Source: Candidatus Sericytochromatia bacterium (lineage in GTDB: Bacteria > Cyanobacteriota > Sericytochromatia > UBA7694). From it: DNA of 64,000 nt. Location of the stretch: contig JADMKE010000008.1 of NCBI GenBank assembly GCA_018780035.1, positions 7,778 to 71,777 of the forward strand, in the 5' to 3' direction. The notes beneath the pieces were generated by a model. It saw nothing but the letters and a program-made list of their open reading frames with translations, made no database searches and was not told where the DNA came from. Below, piece by piece: positions 27,809 through 37,148 of this stretch; within the stretch, counting starts at the first letter, position 1; each line of letters starts with the position of its first letter. The position numbers were made by a program, and so were the translations under genes.

Positions 27809-28522
27809 ATGATCTCAAAAATGACCTTATCTTTACAAGCCGTGGCCGACAATCTTTGGGTGGTGGCTCACCCCTTTGAAATAATGAAAGTCAAAATGGG
27901 CACTCACACCACGGTAATACGACTCCGTAACGGAAATCTGTGGCTGCTCTCACCAGGAGCCGGCCTGGGCAGCTTAAAAAAAGACTTCGCTGCTTTGGGG
28001 CCTGTCGCTGCCATCGTTGCTCCCAACACCATGCACCATCTATTTTTACCTGAAGCGATCCAGCTCTTTCCAGAAGCCCGGGTCTATGGGCCCAGCGGAC
28101 TGAAACGCAAACAGCCCACGTTGGCGATTGAGACCCTTACAAACACGCCTCCAGATCTGTGGAAGGAAGATATTGAACAAACCCGTTTGGATGGACTCAG
28201 TTTTTTGCAAGAAACAGCTTTTTTTCACCCATCTAGCCGGAGTCTGATCGTAACCGATCTGGTCTTTAATTTGCAACACTCAGACCATGCTTGGAGTCGC
28301 TTATTTTTGCGCCTGAACGACGCCTACGGCAAATTGGGCCCGAGTCGCATGCTGCGCAAAATGGCTCTGAAAGACCCGCCTGCTTTGGCAAAATCTTTAG
28401 ACACCGTCTTGGCTTGGGACTTTGATCGGATTGTACTCAGCCACGGCGAGTTGGTGCAAACGGGAGGCAAAGCGCTGCTGCGCGAAGCCTTTGAACGGAT
28501 TGGGGTTTTAAAACAGGTTTAA
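27809..28522 (+). CDS. Hypothetical protein (possibly DUF4336/MBL-fold-like)
   Basis: 237-aa ORF with clean coding potential. Divergently oriented from the MarR gene. No decisive motif. Confidence 0.5.
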   Translation: MISKMTLSLQAVADNLWVVAHPFEIMKVKMGTHTTVIRLRNGNLWLLSPGAGLGSLKKDFAALGPVAAIVAPNTMHHLFLPEAIQLFPEARVYGPSGLKRKQPTLAIETLTNTPPDLWKEDIEQTRLDGLSFLQETAFFHPSSRSLIVTDLVFNLQHSDHAWSRLFLRLNDAYGKLGPSRMLRKMALKDPPALAKSLDTVLAWDFDRIVLSHGELVQTGGKALLREAFERIGVLKQV

Positions 28523-29379
28523 GGGCTGCGCAGATAATTTTTGGCCGCGGGAATCGAAAGGGTGGCCTGGGTGGCACAGCACCAAGCACTCAAACGGCCC
28601 CCATAGACACAAGCGGTATCTATTTGCAGACACTGGGCTTTTTTCCAGCGTTTGAGCCGGGCCACGGGCGTATGGCCCGAGACATGCAGACGCAAACTGT
28701 CAGGAGGAGAACTCGGGGGCACCCGGTTCCAGACCAGAGAATGGCTGTGTTGTAAAAAAGCCTGGGCCGCATCGGCATTGCGCAGTCGCACCGGCTGCAA
28801 GGCGTAAATCAGGGTCAGATCTTTGGGGCGGGCCAGGGCATGGGTCACCACGACTTGCTGATCACTCCAGACATAGGGCAGATGCAGCAGGAAATGCAGC
28901 AATTCTGGTTCAATTTTCCAAGTTTCGGGCTGTTCAGGATCGCAGCCAAAACTGCGCAGGGTCTGATACCCGCCCTGACTGACCCACATGCAGCGGGCAT
29001 AATTGCGGTAGTCTTCCCAACTCAGCCAGCGGCTGAATCCCGCCTGAGAACGCCAACTTTGACGATAGGTATTGAGCCAACGTGGCCAAGTCATATTCTC
29101 AAAATTCCAGGGAGCCCACTCCTGCAGACATTCCAACATCATCAGCTCATGATTGCCCATCACCACAACATGGGTGCCTGCGCGCACCCCTTTCAAAAAA
29201 TGCTGCACCACCCCCAACGAATCGGGCCCCCGGTCGATCAGATCGCCGACAGAGACAATCAGCGGCGTCCAACCTCTGCGAACGGCTTGGCGCTTGATTT
29301 TGGCCTCCAAGGCCAAGAGTTCTTCATAACAGCCATGGATATCGCCAATCAGGTAGACAACGGTTTCGGCTTCGGACAT
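28519..29379 (-). CDS. Metallophosphoesterase (PPP/ApaH-PrpE-like Ser/Thr phosphatase)
   Basis: VYLIGDIHGCYEEL, VSVGDLIDRGPDS and VVVMGNHE motifs. The start ATG (29379-29377) overlaps the upstream gene's TGA by 1 nt (TGATG). Confidence 0.8.
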   Translation of the reverse strand: MSEAETVVYLIGDIHGCYEELLALEAKIKRQAVRRGWTPLIVSVGDLIDRGPDSLGVVQHFLKGVRAGTHVVVMGNHELMMLECLQEWAPWNFENMTWPRWLNTYRQSWRSQAGFSRWLSWEDYRNYARCMWVSQGGYQTLRSFGCDPEQPETWKIEPELLHFLLHLPYVWSDQQVVVTHALARPKDLTLIYALQPVRLRNADAAQAFLQHSHSLVWNRVPPSSPPDSLRLHVSGHTPVARLKRWKKAQCLQIDTACVYGGRLSAWCCATQATLSIPAAKNYLRSP

Positions 29380-31538
29380 CAACGGGGCTCCAATTCTTTT
29401 AAACAGCGGGCCCAGGCCAATGGAGCCGAAGGGTCTTCCCACAAAGCGGGTGCTTGGGCCCGGATTTTTTCACGTAAGGCTTGGTTAAGCTCTGGATCGG
29501 TCGCCACTTGCAGGGCTTTTTCAATATACGCCTCTGCGCTGCCAACGACGCAATCAGGCAGCCCAAATTTGAGATAAGCCGCCAAAGCGACACGCCCCTG
29601 GGCCATTTCCGTCGGCCAAGTGATCACCGGCAGACCCAACGAAAGTGCTTCGAAGATCGCGGTCCCCCCCCCACAGGGCCGGGGGTCGAGCATGACTGAG
29701 CCCAAAGAGAGTAAATTGAGGTATTCATCGTGTGCCAGCGGAGGCAAGAACCAAATACGGGGCATGAGATCACTCAGGTTCGTTTCAAAGCGCCGCAGCA
29801 GCGCTTCGCGGGCCTTCTCGCCATCAGGCTGGGTCAGCAAAACCAGATGACCTTTGCGATCACTGCGCAAGATCTCCGCCAAGATCAGGTCAAATTCTGG
29901 CTGCAGTTTGGAAAGGCGATGGGGGCACAAATAAAGTGCGCCCTCTGCGGGCAAACCATAGTCCGAACGCGGCCAAAGCTGGCCTTCTGGATGGCGCAAG
30001 ACAAAACCCGGCGGCTGAAAAAAAGCGGGCAACGCCTCCAATTGGATCAGCTTTTCGCTGTAAAAACGCTGGGGATTGTCAGGGGGTTCGACAGCTGTGG
30101 CAGAAATAACATAATCCATTTCGGGCAGGCCTGTCGTGCCCAGACTGAGCCAGGAAGTCAATTGCACAGGAGCCAGGCGATAAGAGGCCAGTAGCAATTG
30201 CAAACTCTGCTCGGCATGGGGCTCAGTCAAACAGAGCAGATCCAGATCCAAGGCCAATAATTGGCCCAAAGCTTCGGGAATCTGATCAGACAAGATCGTA
30301 AAATCGCAATCTGGGGGCAGGGGTTGAAAACTCTGAAAGGCGAAAAAATCTGTAAACACCCATTGCAAATCGAGTCCGTCCAAGGGCAGACGCAGAATCA
30401 GCTGAAAGAACTGTCTCAGGGCCGGATGGGCAGGGCCAAAGACAAAAGCCACGCGCCGCTGCTGATCTGACCTGGGTAAAGCCGGGGGCTCGGCCTGCAA
30501 GGGCGGCAGCAAACGCTGCAGCAAACGTGCCAATTGTTGGCGTGGGACAAGGGCTTCGGTGCCAGTATAGACCAGATTGTGCAGGGGCAGCCAATTGGAG
30601 AAATAGGGCTCGACATTGCTAAAATCCGGTAAAATCTGGGCCCCCCCTGGCAAATCTGCCAACAGGCTAAAACGAGCCAAATGAGCCGTTAATGCCTGCA
30701 AGGCTTGGTTTTGGCTCTCAGCTGAAGCAGGAAAAAGAGGCATGATCAGGCCCTGTTTGAGCTCCCAAGCCAAGCGATCGGGCAAAGCCGGGTCCTCCAA
30801 AGCCATCTGATAACACTTTTGGGCCTCTTCCAATTGGTATTCACTTTCCATCAAAATGCCGACACGTGCGGCAATCAAATGGCGCAAAGCAGGGTAAGAC
30901 GTGGCAAGTGAAATCAAAAAATCCATGGTCTGTTCTGGATTTTTGCCGGTTTCAATCTGCAGCCACATGCTCAGGGCCTGGGGATGTTCGGGCTCCAATT
31001 GCAGGGCTTTAAAATAATACTGAGCGGCTTTATCCAGGGACTGCATCGAGAGAAAAAGGTCTCCCAGCACCACCAAAATATCCACCCGATCGGGGTGAAA
31101 CTGCAGGTATTTGAGAAAGTGTTGAATCGCTTGGGCCGGTTGGTTTAACTCACGGCAGAGAAAGCCGGCATGAAAATAGGCTTCGCTGAATTGCAAATCC
31201 AATTTGAAGGTCTTTTGGTAATATTCCAGGGCTTCTTCAAAGGCCCCAAAATAGCGCTGATAAATCTGGCCCAATTGGAAATAGGCAGGGGCAAAAACCG
31301 GGTTGTGATCCAGAACCTGCTTAAAGGCGCGGATCGCAGGGGCATATTCATGGCGTTCAATCTGCAGAAGCCCCAATTCATAAGCGGCCTCAGTCATATC
31401 TGGCGCCAATTCCAATGCCATTTGATAATGCAAAGCAGCCAGGTCCAACAGCCCCTGCGCTTGCAGTTGCTGGGCCTCCTCAAAATGCTGAAGTTCTGCT
31501 TTGGCTTCCACTTTTCCCGCCTTAATTCTGGTAGTCAT
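29379..31538 (-). CDS. TPR-repeat protein fused to O-GlcNAc-transferase-like (GT41/SPINDLY family) glycosyltransferase domain
   Basis: N-terminal TPRs (…AYFQLGQIYQRYFGAFEEALEYYQKTFKLD…). The C-terminal region (…LPVITWPTEMAQGRVALAAYLKFGLPDCVVGSAEAYIEKALQVATDPELNQALREKI…) matches the SPINDLY-type OGT C-terminal catalytic lobe. Confidence 0.7.
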   Translation of the reverse strand: MTTRIKAGKVEAKAELQHFEEAQQLQAQGLLDLAALHYQMALELAPDMTEAAYELGLLQIERHEYAPAIRAFKQVLDHNPVFAPAYFQLGQIYQRYFGAFEEALEYYQKTFKLDLQFSEAYFHAGFLCRELNQPAQAIQHFLKYLQFHPDRVDILVVLGDLFLSMQSLDKAAQYYFKALQLEPEHPQALSMWLQIETGKNPEQTMDFLISLATSYPALRHLIAARVGILMESEYQLEEAQKCYQMALEDPALPDRLAWELKQGLIMPLFPASAESQNQALQALTAHLARFSLLADLPGGAQILPDFSNVEPYFSNWLPLHNLVYTGTEALVPRQQLARLLQRLLPPLQAEPPALPRSDQQRRVAFVFGPAHPALRQFFQLILRLPLDGLDLQWVFTDFFAFQSFQPLPPDCDFTILSDQIPEALGQLLALDLDLLCLTEPHAEQSLQLLLASYRLAPVQLTSWLSLGTTGLPEMDYVISATAVEPPDNPQRFYSEKLIQLEALPAFFQPPGFVLRHPEGQLWPRSDYGLPAEGALYLCPHRLSKLQPEFDLILAEILRSDRKGHLVLLTQPDGEKAREALLRRFETNLSDLMPRIWFLPPLAHDEYLNLLSLGSVMLDPRPCGGGTAIFEALSLGLPVITWPTEMAQGRVALAAYLKFGLPDCVVGSAEAYIEKALQVATDPELNQALREKIRAQAPALWEDPSAPLAWARCLKELEPR

Positions 31539-31649
31539 TATACAATAGACTCCATGCCCACTTCTCTTTCAACAGCCAAGAGATTTAACTGATGCCACTG
31601 CGACTGACACAGAACCCCAATCAGCGCGTGTTAAAACTGGCACTCCATT

Positions 31650-32630
31650 GTGGTCGGTTCTATTCAGATGTGTAAAACCACGACCTCGCGTGCCTTTCGC
31701 AAAAAAAATCTCAATCGCTACACGGTTTACGATTTTGACAATTTTGAGGATTATTTTCTCTATTTACACCTCAATCCCCAGATTCAATGGATCCATGTCT
31801 TGGGGGGCGTTGCCATTGTGCCTGTTTTTCCCTGGGTCATTTACGCCCTGATTCATTTGCATCAACCTTTGCCCTTTGTGCTTTTTTCGCTGGTCTTTTA
31901 CGGGGCCGGATTTATCAGCCATTGGACAGGAGATGGCCAGATCTCCAAGACGGTCAAAGCCTTTGGGCCCTCTTACCTGTATGTAATTTTACTCAATTTT
32001 CGCATCATCACAGGCAGCCAAAAGGCCTATGAAGCCCGCTTTATGGCCCGTTATCCCCACACGCTTTGGGTCTACCAAAGCGAGAGTGAGGCACAGGCCA
32101 TCGCCCCTCCCCAGAATCAACGCCGGGCGCAAATCGGCCTGGGTTTGCTGGCCCTGCTGGGGCTGGGGTTGACCCAGGTGGGACCCTTGCTGGTCTGGGG
32201 CTGGGGCCTGGTTCTTTTGTCTCTGTATTTGGCTGCCGGATTTTTATTGGTCTATTTACAAGATCTCGAACATGCCGTGGACCTGCTCGATCAGCCCATT
32301 GCCAGCCAGCGCTTGGCCCTGACTTTGGCCCTCTCACAACAGAAACAAACGGCAGTCCCTGCACAGCAACAGGCCCTGGCAGACCTGCAAATCTTTAACA
32401 GCACTTTTTGGTACCGTTACCGCCAAAGCCGCTGGCGCCAATTGAAAGCTTGGAGCCAAGGCGCTGAAGCGGCATCCTCTTCAACGGCCCAGCCACTTGC
32501 CCAAGCCTGGCTGCAACGCCTGGAGCAGCAGCTTCAGACAGGCGGCTTTGCCGTCAACAGTGAGGATCAGCGGCTGCTTGAACAGGTCATTTTGTGTTAC
32601 CCTGAAAACCATTCAGCAATGAGAGAATAG
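31650..32630 (+). CDS. Membrane protein with N-terminal DUF962 (Mpo1-like) domain
   Basis: HVLGGVAIVPVFPW…FYGAGFISHWTGDGQISKTVKAFGPSYLYVILLN resembles the Mpo1/DUF962 core (HxxG…GxxFxxGHxxxExNxPAxF). An Ala/Gln-rich C-terminal extension follows. Confidence 0.5.
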   Translation: MVGSIQMCKTTTSRAFRKKNLNRYTVYDFDNFEDYFLYLHLNPQIQWIHVLGGVAIVPVFPWVIYALIHLHQPLPFVLFSLVFYGAGFISHWTGDGQISKTVKAFGPSYLYVILLNFRIITGSQKAYEARFMARYPHTLWVYQSESEAQAIAPPQNQRRAQIGLGLLALLGLGLTQVGPLLVWGWGLVLLSLYLAAGFLLVYLQDLEHAVDLLDQPIASQRLALTLALSQQKQTAVPAQQQALADLQIFNSTFWYRYRQSRWRQLKAWSQGAEAASSSTAQPLAQAWLQRLEQQLQTGGFAVNSEDQRLLEQVILCYPENHSAMRE

Positions 32631-32637
32631 CACGATT

Positions 32638-35559
32638 ATGTCCAAATTAAGGCTCTTGCTTCCCGTCTATCTTTTGTTTTCACTTTCAGGTTTTGCCGGC
32701 CTGATTTATGAAGCGCTTTGGGCCCGTTATATGAAATTGATCTTGGGCCACTCCTCTTATGGTCAAATCCTGACCTTGGTGATCTTTATGGGGGGACTGG
32801 GACTGGGTTCTTTTTTGGGCGGCAAATACGCCCGCATTTTCAAAAAACCGCTGTATTTATACGCTTTGGCAGAAGTGCTGATTGGCATTGGGGGCCTGTT
32901 TTACCACTACCTCTACAAATTTGCCAGTCAGGGGGTCTTTCAACTGGCAGGTTCATTGTCTGGCAACACCTGGCTACTCTGGGGCCTCAAAGGCGGGGCA
33001 GCCCTGCTGATCACGTTGCCCTGGGCCATTTTGCTTGGGATTACCTTTCCGGCCCTGGCGATTGGGGTGATGGATCTGAGTGAAGATGCTGGCCGAGAGA
33101 GCCTGCCCTGGCTGTATTTCACCAATTCCTTGGGAGGTGCCCTGGGCATTTTGGTCACTTCGTTTTATCTGATTGACCATTTTGGCACCATTGGCACCCT
33201 CTCTCTGGCGGGCAGCCTGAATATGGGCTTGGGTCTGGCCTTTTATTTACTCACACGGCAGTTCTGGCCGGATCCAGAAGACAACCCAGAAGACACGCCA
33301 GAAGCCCCGGCACAAAACCTCGATTTGGAAAGTCAATTATCCCCAACGGCCCTGGGCAAAAGCCTCTTGGGCGTTTCATTACTCACTGGATTCTCCTCTT
33401 TTTTGTATGAAATTTGCTGGATACGGCTTTTGGCCCTGCTGATGGGCGCCTCGACCCATGCCTTTGATTTAATGGTCTCAGCGTTTATTCTTGGACTGGC
33501 TTCGGGCAGTTTGGTCGTGCGCTTTGTCATGCAAAAAAGCGGGGCGGCTCTCAAAGTTTTGGCCTGGGTACAGATATTAATGGGGCTCTGTGCAGGCCTT
33601 AGCCTGGTCTTTTATGAGCAATTGTTTGTCTTTATGAACCAGTCGCACAGCATTTTGACCCCCACCCCTGGTGCCTATGGTCTGTATTCCGTCTTCAGAT
33701 ACGGCCTGAGTTTGCTCTTGATGTTTCCCGCCAGTTTCTTTGCAGGCATGACCCTGCCCCTGATTACCTGGGCTGTTTTGCACCTGCTCAAACACGAGCG
33801 CTTTGTCGGACAGGTCTACGCATATAACACCTTTGGTGCAATTTTGGGCTCGGCCCTGGGAGGCCTGTTTTTCTTGCCTTGGCTGCAACTCAAAGGCACA
33901 TTGGTTTTGGCTGCATTGATCGATCTTGGCGTGGGCCTGGGTTTGCTCAGTTTGACCCCCAAAGCAAAAATCCGTCTGGCCTGGGCAACGGGGCTCTCGC
34001 TGGTCTTGATGGTGCCGGTTGTGGGCGTCAATCTCAATGGCTTTACGCTCACTTCGGGCGTGTTTCGCGAATCGCTGGATTTTAAGGCCAGTGAGGCACG
34101 GCACCGCATTCCCCCAGAAATTCGCCATGGCCGCACAGCCAGCATTTCTTTTCATGATTATGGCAATCTCAAAACGATCAAAACCAATGGCAAACCCGAT
34201 GCCAGCGTGGCCACAGTGTCAGATATGAGCCAGCCCAATGATGAAATTACCCAGGCCGCTTTGGCACTCTATCCTGTTCAGCTCATGAAAAAGCCCTATC
34301 AAGCAGCCATGATCGGCCTCGGCAGCGGCATGACTGCCCATTACCTCTTGCGCGACCCCCAATTACAACAGCTCGACATGATTGAAATTGAACCGGAAGT
34401 CTATGAACTGGCCAAAGGGTTTGCTCCCTTTAATCAAGCGGTCTATCAAAGCCCCAAAATCAAAATGGCGTTTGAAGACGCGCGCACCTTTTTTTACAGC
34501 CAGAACAAACAGTATGATCTGATTGTCTCTGAACCCTCCAATCCTTGGATCAGCGGGGTCTCCAGCCTGTTTACCCAGGAGTTTTACCGGGATATGCGCC
34601 GTTTTTTAAAACCCGAAGGAGTTTTGGTACAGTGGATTCACTCGTATGAGTTCGATTCTCAGCTTTTGCTCTCAATTTTAAAGGCTTTAAAAACCCAATT
34701 TGCACATATCTCTATTTATGGCCTACCTAGCCTTGAATCCGACCAAACACTGCCCTCCAATCTCTTGATCTTTGCCAGCGCTTCAGCGATTCAATTTCCC
34801 TCGGGGCCCCATTTGCGCAGGATTCCCGAACTCGATGCAGATTTAAAGCGGCTGAAAATGACGACCCGTGATTTTGATGGCACCTATCGCATCGCGACCC
34901 AACAGACCTTGCAGGCCCTGATCGCCAATTACAATGCCAACTCTGACTTTTTTCCCGTGGTGGATTCTCAGGCCGAAAGACACCGTTTTTTGAATAGCAT
35001 TGTAAATATTCACGAATTTTTGCTGTTTACACCGGTCTATTACCAGTCTTTTTTCGAGCCCGATTTTCACCCCTTGCTCATCGAGCGCCTCAAAAAAGGG
35101 GAAAACCGTCTAAACCTGCTCTTAAAAGACCTGGACTATAAATTGACACAAAGAGCCAAATTACAAGACCCCGAGCGCTTGCGCAAAGACTTTAAATACC
35201 TGCTCACGCGCTTTATGCCCATTTTAAATTGGGGCCACCCCACATTGCAAAAATACAGGCAGTATTTGAGCAGCACACCAGCCTTGCAGGTGCAATGGGT
35301 GGAGTTTGAGCTTTTTCAGCATTTTGCGGATCCAGATCTACGCAAAAGTATTCCCGCCATGCAAGCCCTTTTAAAAGCGCCTCCTCAGGCTTTGCAACCG
35401 GCCACCATTCGGGCCTTGGGCCTGAAAGCGATCCAAATGAAAAACCTGCAACTCTACCAGCAGGTCATTACCAACCTGGCCAAACCCCACCCAGAGATCA
35501 GCGAGCTTGAAAAAGAGCTGATGCAGAGCTTTTTGCCGAAAACCGCTGTGCCACGCTAG
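32638..35559 (+). CDS. Fused multi-pass membrane domain + spermidine synthase-like (PABS-fold) protein
   Basis: About 11 TM helices in the first ~480 aa. The soluble portion then carries MIGLGSGMTAHYLL, DMIEIEPEV, DARTFF, YDLIVSEPSNPW and GVLVQWIH motifs of the polyamine aminopropyltransferase fold. Confidence 0.8.
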   Translation: MSKLRLLLPVYLLFSLSGFAGLIYEALWARYMKLILGHSSYGQILTLVIFMGGLGLGSFLGGKYARIFKKPLYLYALAEVLIGIGGLFYHYLYKFASQGVFQLAGSLSGNTWLLWGLKGGAALLITLPWAILLGITFPALAIGVMDLSEDAGRESLPWLYFTNSLGGALGILVTSFYLIDHFGTIGTLSLAGSLNMGLGLAFYLLTRQFWPDPEDNPEDTPEAPAQNLDLESQLSPTALGKSLLGVSLLTGFSSFLYEICWIRLLALLMGASTHAFDLMVSAFILGLASGSLVVRFVMQKSGAALKVLAWVQILMGLCAGLSLVFYEQLFVFMNQSHSILTPTPGAYGLYSVFRYGLSLLLMFPASFFAGMTLPLITWAVLHLLKHERFVGQVYAYNTFGAILGSALGGLFFLPWLQLKGTLVLAALIDLGVGLGLLSLTPKAKIRLAWATGLSLVLMVPVVGVNLNGFTLTSGVFRESLDFKASEARHRIPPEIRHGRTASISFHDYGNLKTIKTNGKPDASVATVSDMSQPNDEITQAALALYPVQLMKKPYQAAMIGLGSGMTAHYLLRDPQLQQLDMIEIEPEVYELAKGFAPFNQAVYQSPKIKMAFEDARTFFYSQNKQYDLIVSEPSNPWISGVSSLFTQEFYRDMRRFLKPEGVLVQWIHSYEFDSQLLLSILKALKTQFAHISIYGLPSLESDQTLPSNLLIFASASAIQFPSGPHLRRIPELDADLKRLKMTTRDFDGTYRIATQQTLQALIANYNANSDFFPVVDSQAERHRFLNSIVNIHEFLLFTPVYYQSFFEPDFHPLLIERLKKGENRLNLLLKDLDYKLTQRAKLQDPERLRKDFKYLLTRFMPILNWGHPTLQKYRQYLSSTPALQVQWVEFELFQHFADPDLRKSIPAMQALLKAPPQALQPATIRALGLKAIQMKNLQLYQQVITNLAKPHPEISELEKELMQSFLPKTAVPR

Positions 35560-35651
35560 GCGCAAAGTGATTCCGACAGCGGACTTTTACTTTTTCAAAA
35601 AACATGATAGAGTAAGGCTTGTTTATTTACAAAAAATAAAAGGGTTTTGAT

Positions 35652-37148
35652 ATGCTAAAATCGCGTCAACTGTTCGCTCTCTCTTTGGCTTGCACTTTAA
35701 TGGCCTGCCAGACAGCTCCATTGGAAAGCCCCAACATACCTAAAAAGCAGGAAACACAGCCCCTCTCTGATACAAGCAAGCAGAATCCAGCAATTATACA
35801 ACCCTCTGCTTCACCCGTGATTGCGGCAAGCGCCAACCCAATCGTTAAAAACACACTTAGCAAATACAGTCAGGCCTTACAGGCTTATCAAAAAGAAAGC
35901 CTCAAATCCACTGTGACCATAGCCCCTGGTTTAAATACAGCTTCACTCACGGCCCCGAGCCAAAATACCGCACCGTCACCCATGCCTTCCGGAACAAGTG
36001 CGCCAACTGAACTCGGTAATAATAGTGCTTCAAACAGCAGTTCGGGGATTTTTCCTGAGCCAACTCCCGAAGACTTAAAAAAATTAATTCAACAGTCTTA
36101 TGAATTAATGCTCAAACAAGTTGCTGAATTAGAGGCAACCCAACCTCCCGAAGCCTTGGCAAAGCAACACACAAGGCTATTACAAGGCCTGAAACAAAAT
36201 AAAAGTAGAAGTGAACGATTATTAAAAGAAATCGAAGGGAAAACACTTACCGTCAGTGAGTTTCGTTCTCTTAGTGAAAAAATCATCAAAGATGAAGGTC
36301 TCTCACTGAGTGAAAATGCCAAACAAAGCCAGGAACTATCTGAACTCCAATTTGAAATCATGCGCATGGCATTGGCTGAGGAGACCCAAAGTAAATATCC
36401 GGGCAATGCTTTAGAAGAAAGTGCTTATGCACCAGCATTGATACCTATTTGGAAAAAATACATTTACGCATTAACAGACTCTTTTGTTTTAGAGAACCCA
36501 TTAAATGGGTCTCTCTATTTTCGCGAAAATGAAAAGTTAAAACAAATTCAGCCAAAGATAAATGAATTCATTCAGGCCATAGAACGTCTCAATCCGCCAA
36601 CAAAATACACAGAATTGCACTACACCTTATTGGCGCATGGCAAACAAAGTCAAACACTCATTGAATCTCTTTTAAAAAATCCCCTGTCGGTCCAAAACCC
36701 ACAGGCATTAATCAAAGAACTGTTTGGTAATTTTGAATTGCTCTACAATTTTGGCCTTGTGAGCCAGAGTAGTTATATACTCCAAAAAGAAGTCCTTTTA
36801 GACCAAACCAAAGAGTTAGAAAAACAGGCCAAAGAGCATGACATGCAAAAACTCACTGAAGCCCCCCGCTTCAAAGGTGATTTTAAAGCCTTGCGGACAA
36901 GCAGTGAGGGCATTCAGCTGACTTGGACGACCCCACCGGATGGCACAACAACACTGATTATTTATCGCAATGAGCCCGAAAAAATTTTCAAATCCCTGAC
37001 CCAAATTGCCACCCTTGAGCCAGGAACAACCAACTATTCTGATCAAGCCTCTTTAGCCAGTGGAAAAGCCTATCAATACACACTCTCTTTTCAAAATGCC
37101 AAAGGAGAAATTCTGGCGGCTTTAGAAAGTAGCCAAGTGGTGTTCTAA
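35652..37148 (+). CDS. Hypothetical lipoprotein with C-terminal FN3-like domain
   Basis: Lipobox LACTLMACQT, an S/P/T-rich linker and a helical middle region. C-terminus GIQLTWTTPPDGTTTLIIYRNEP…YQYTLSF is FN3-like. Confidence 0.6.
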   Translation: MLKSRQLFALSLACTLMACQTAPLESPNIPKKQETQPLSDTSKQNPAIIQPSASPVIAASANPIVKNTLSKYSQALQAYQKESLKSTVTIAPGLNTASLTAPSQNTAPSPMPSGTSAPTELGNNSASNSSSGIFPEPTPEDLKKLIQQSYELMLKQVAELEATQPPEALAKQHTRLLQGLKQNKSRSERLLKEIEGKTLTVSEFRSLSEKIIKDEGLSLSENAKQSQELSELQFEIMRMALAEETQSKYPGNALEESAYAPALIPIWKKYIYALTDSFVLENPLNGSLYFRENEKLKQIQPKINEFIQAIERLNPPTKYTELHYTLLAHGKQSQTLIESLLKNPLSVQNPQALIKELFGNFELLYNFGLVSQSSYILQKEVLLDQTKELEKQAKEHDMQKLTEAPRFKGDFKALRTSSEGIQLTWTTPPDGTTTLIIYRNEPEKIFKSLTQIATLEPGTTNYSDQASLASGKAYQYTLSFQNAKGEILAALESSQVVF

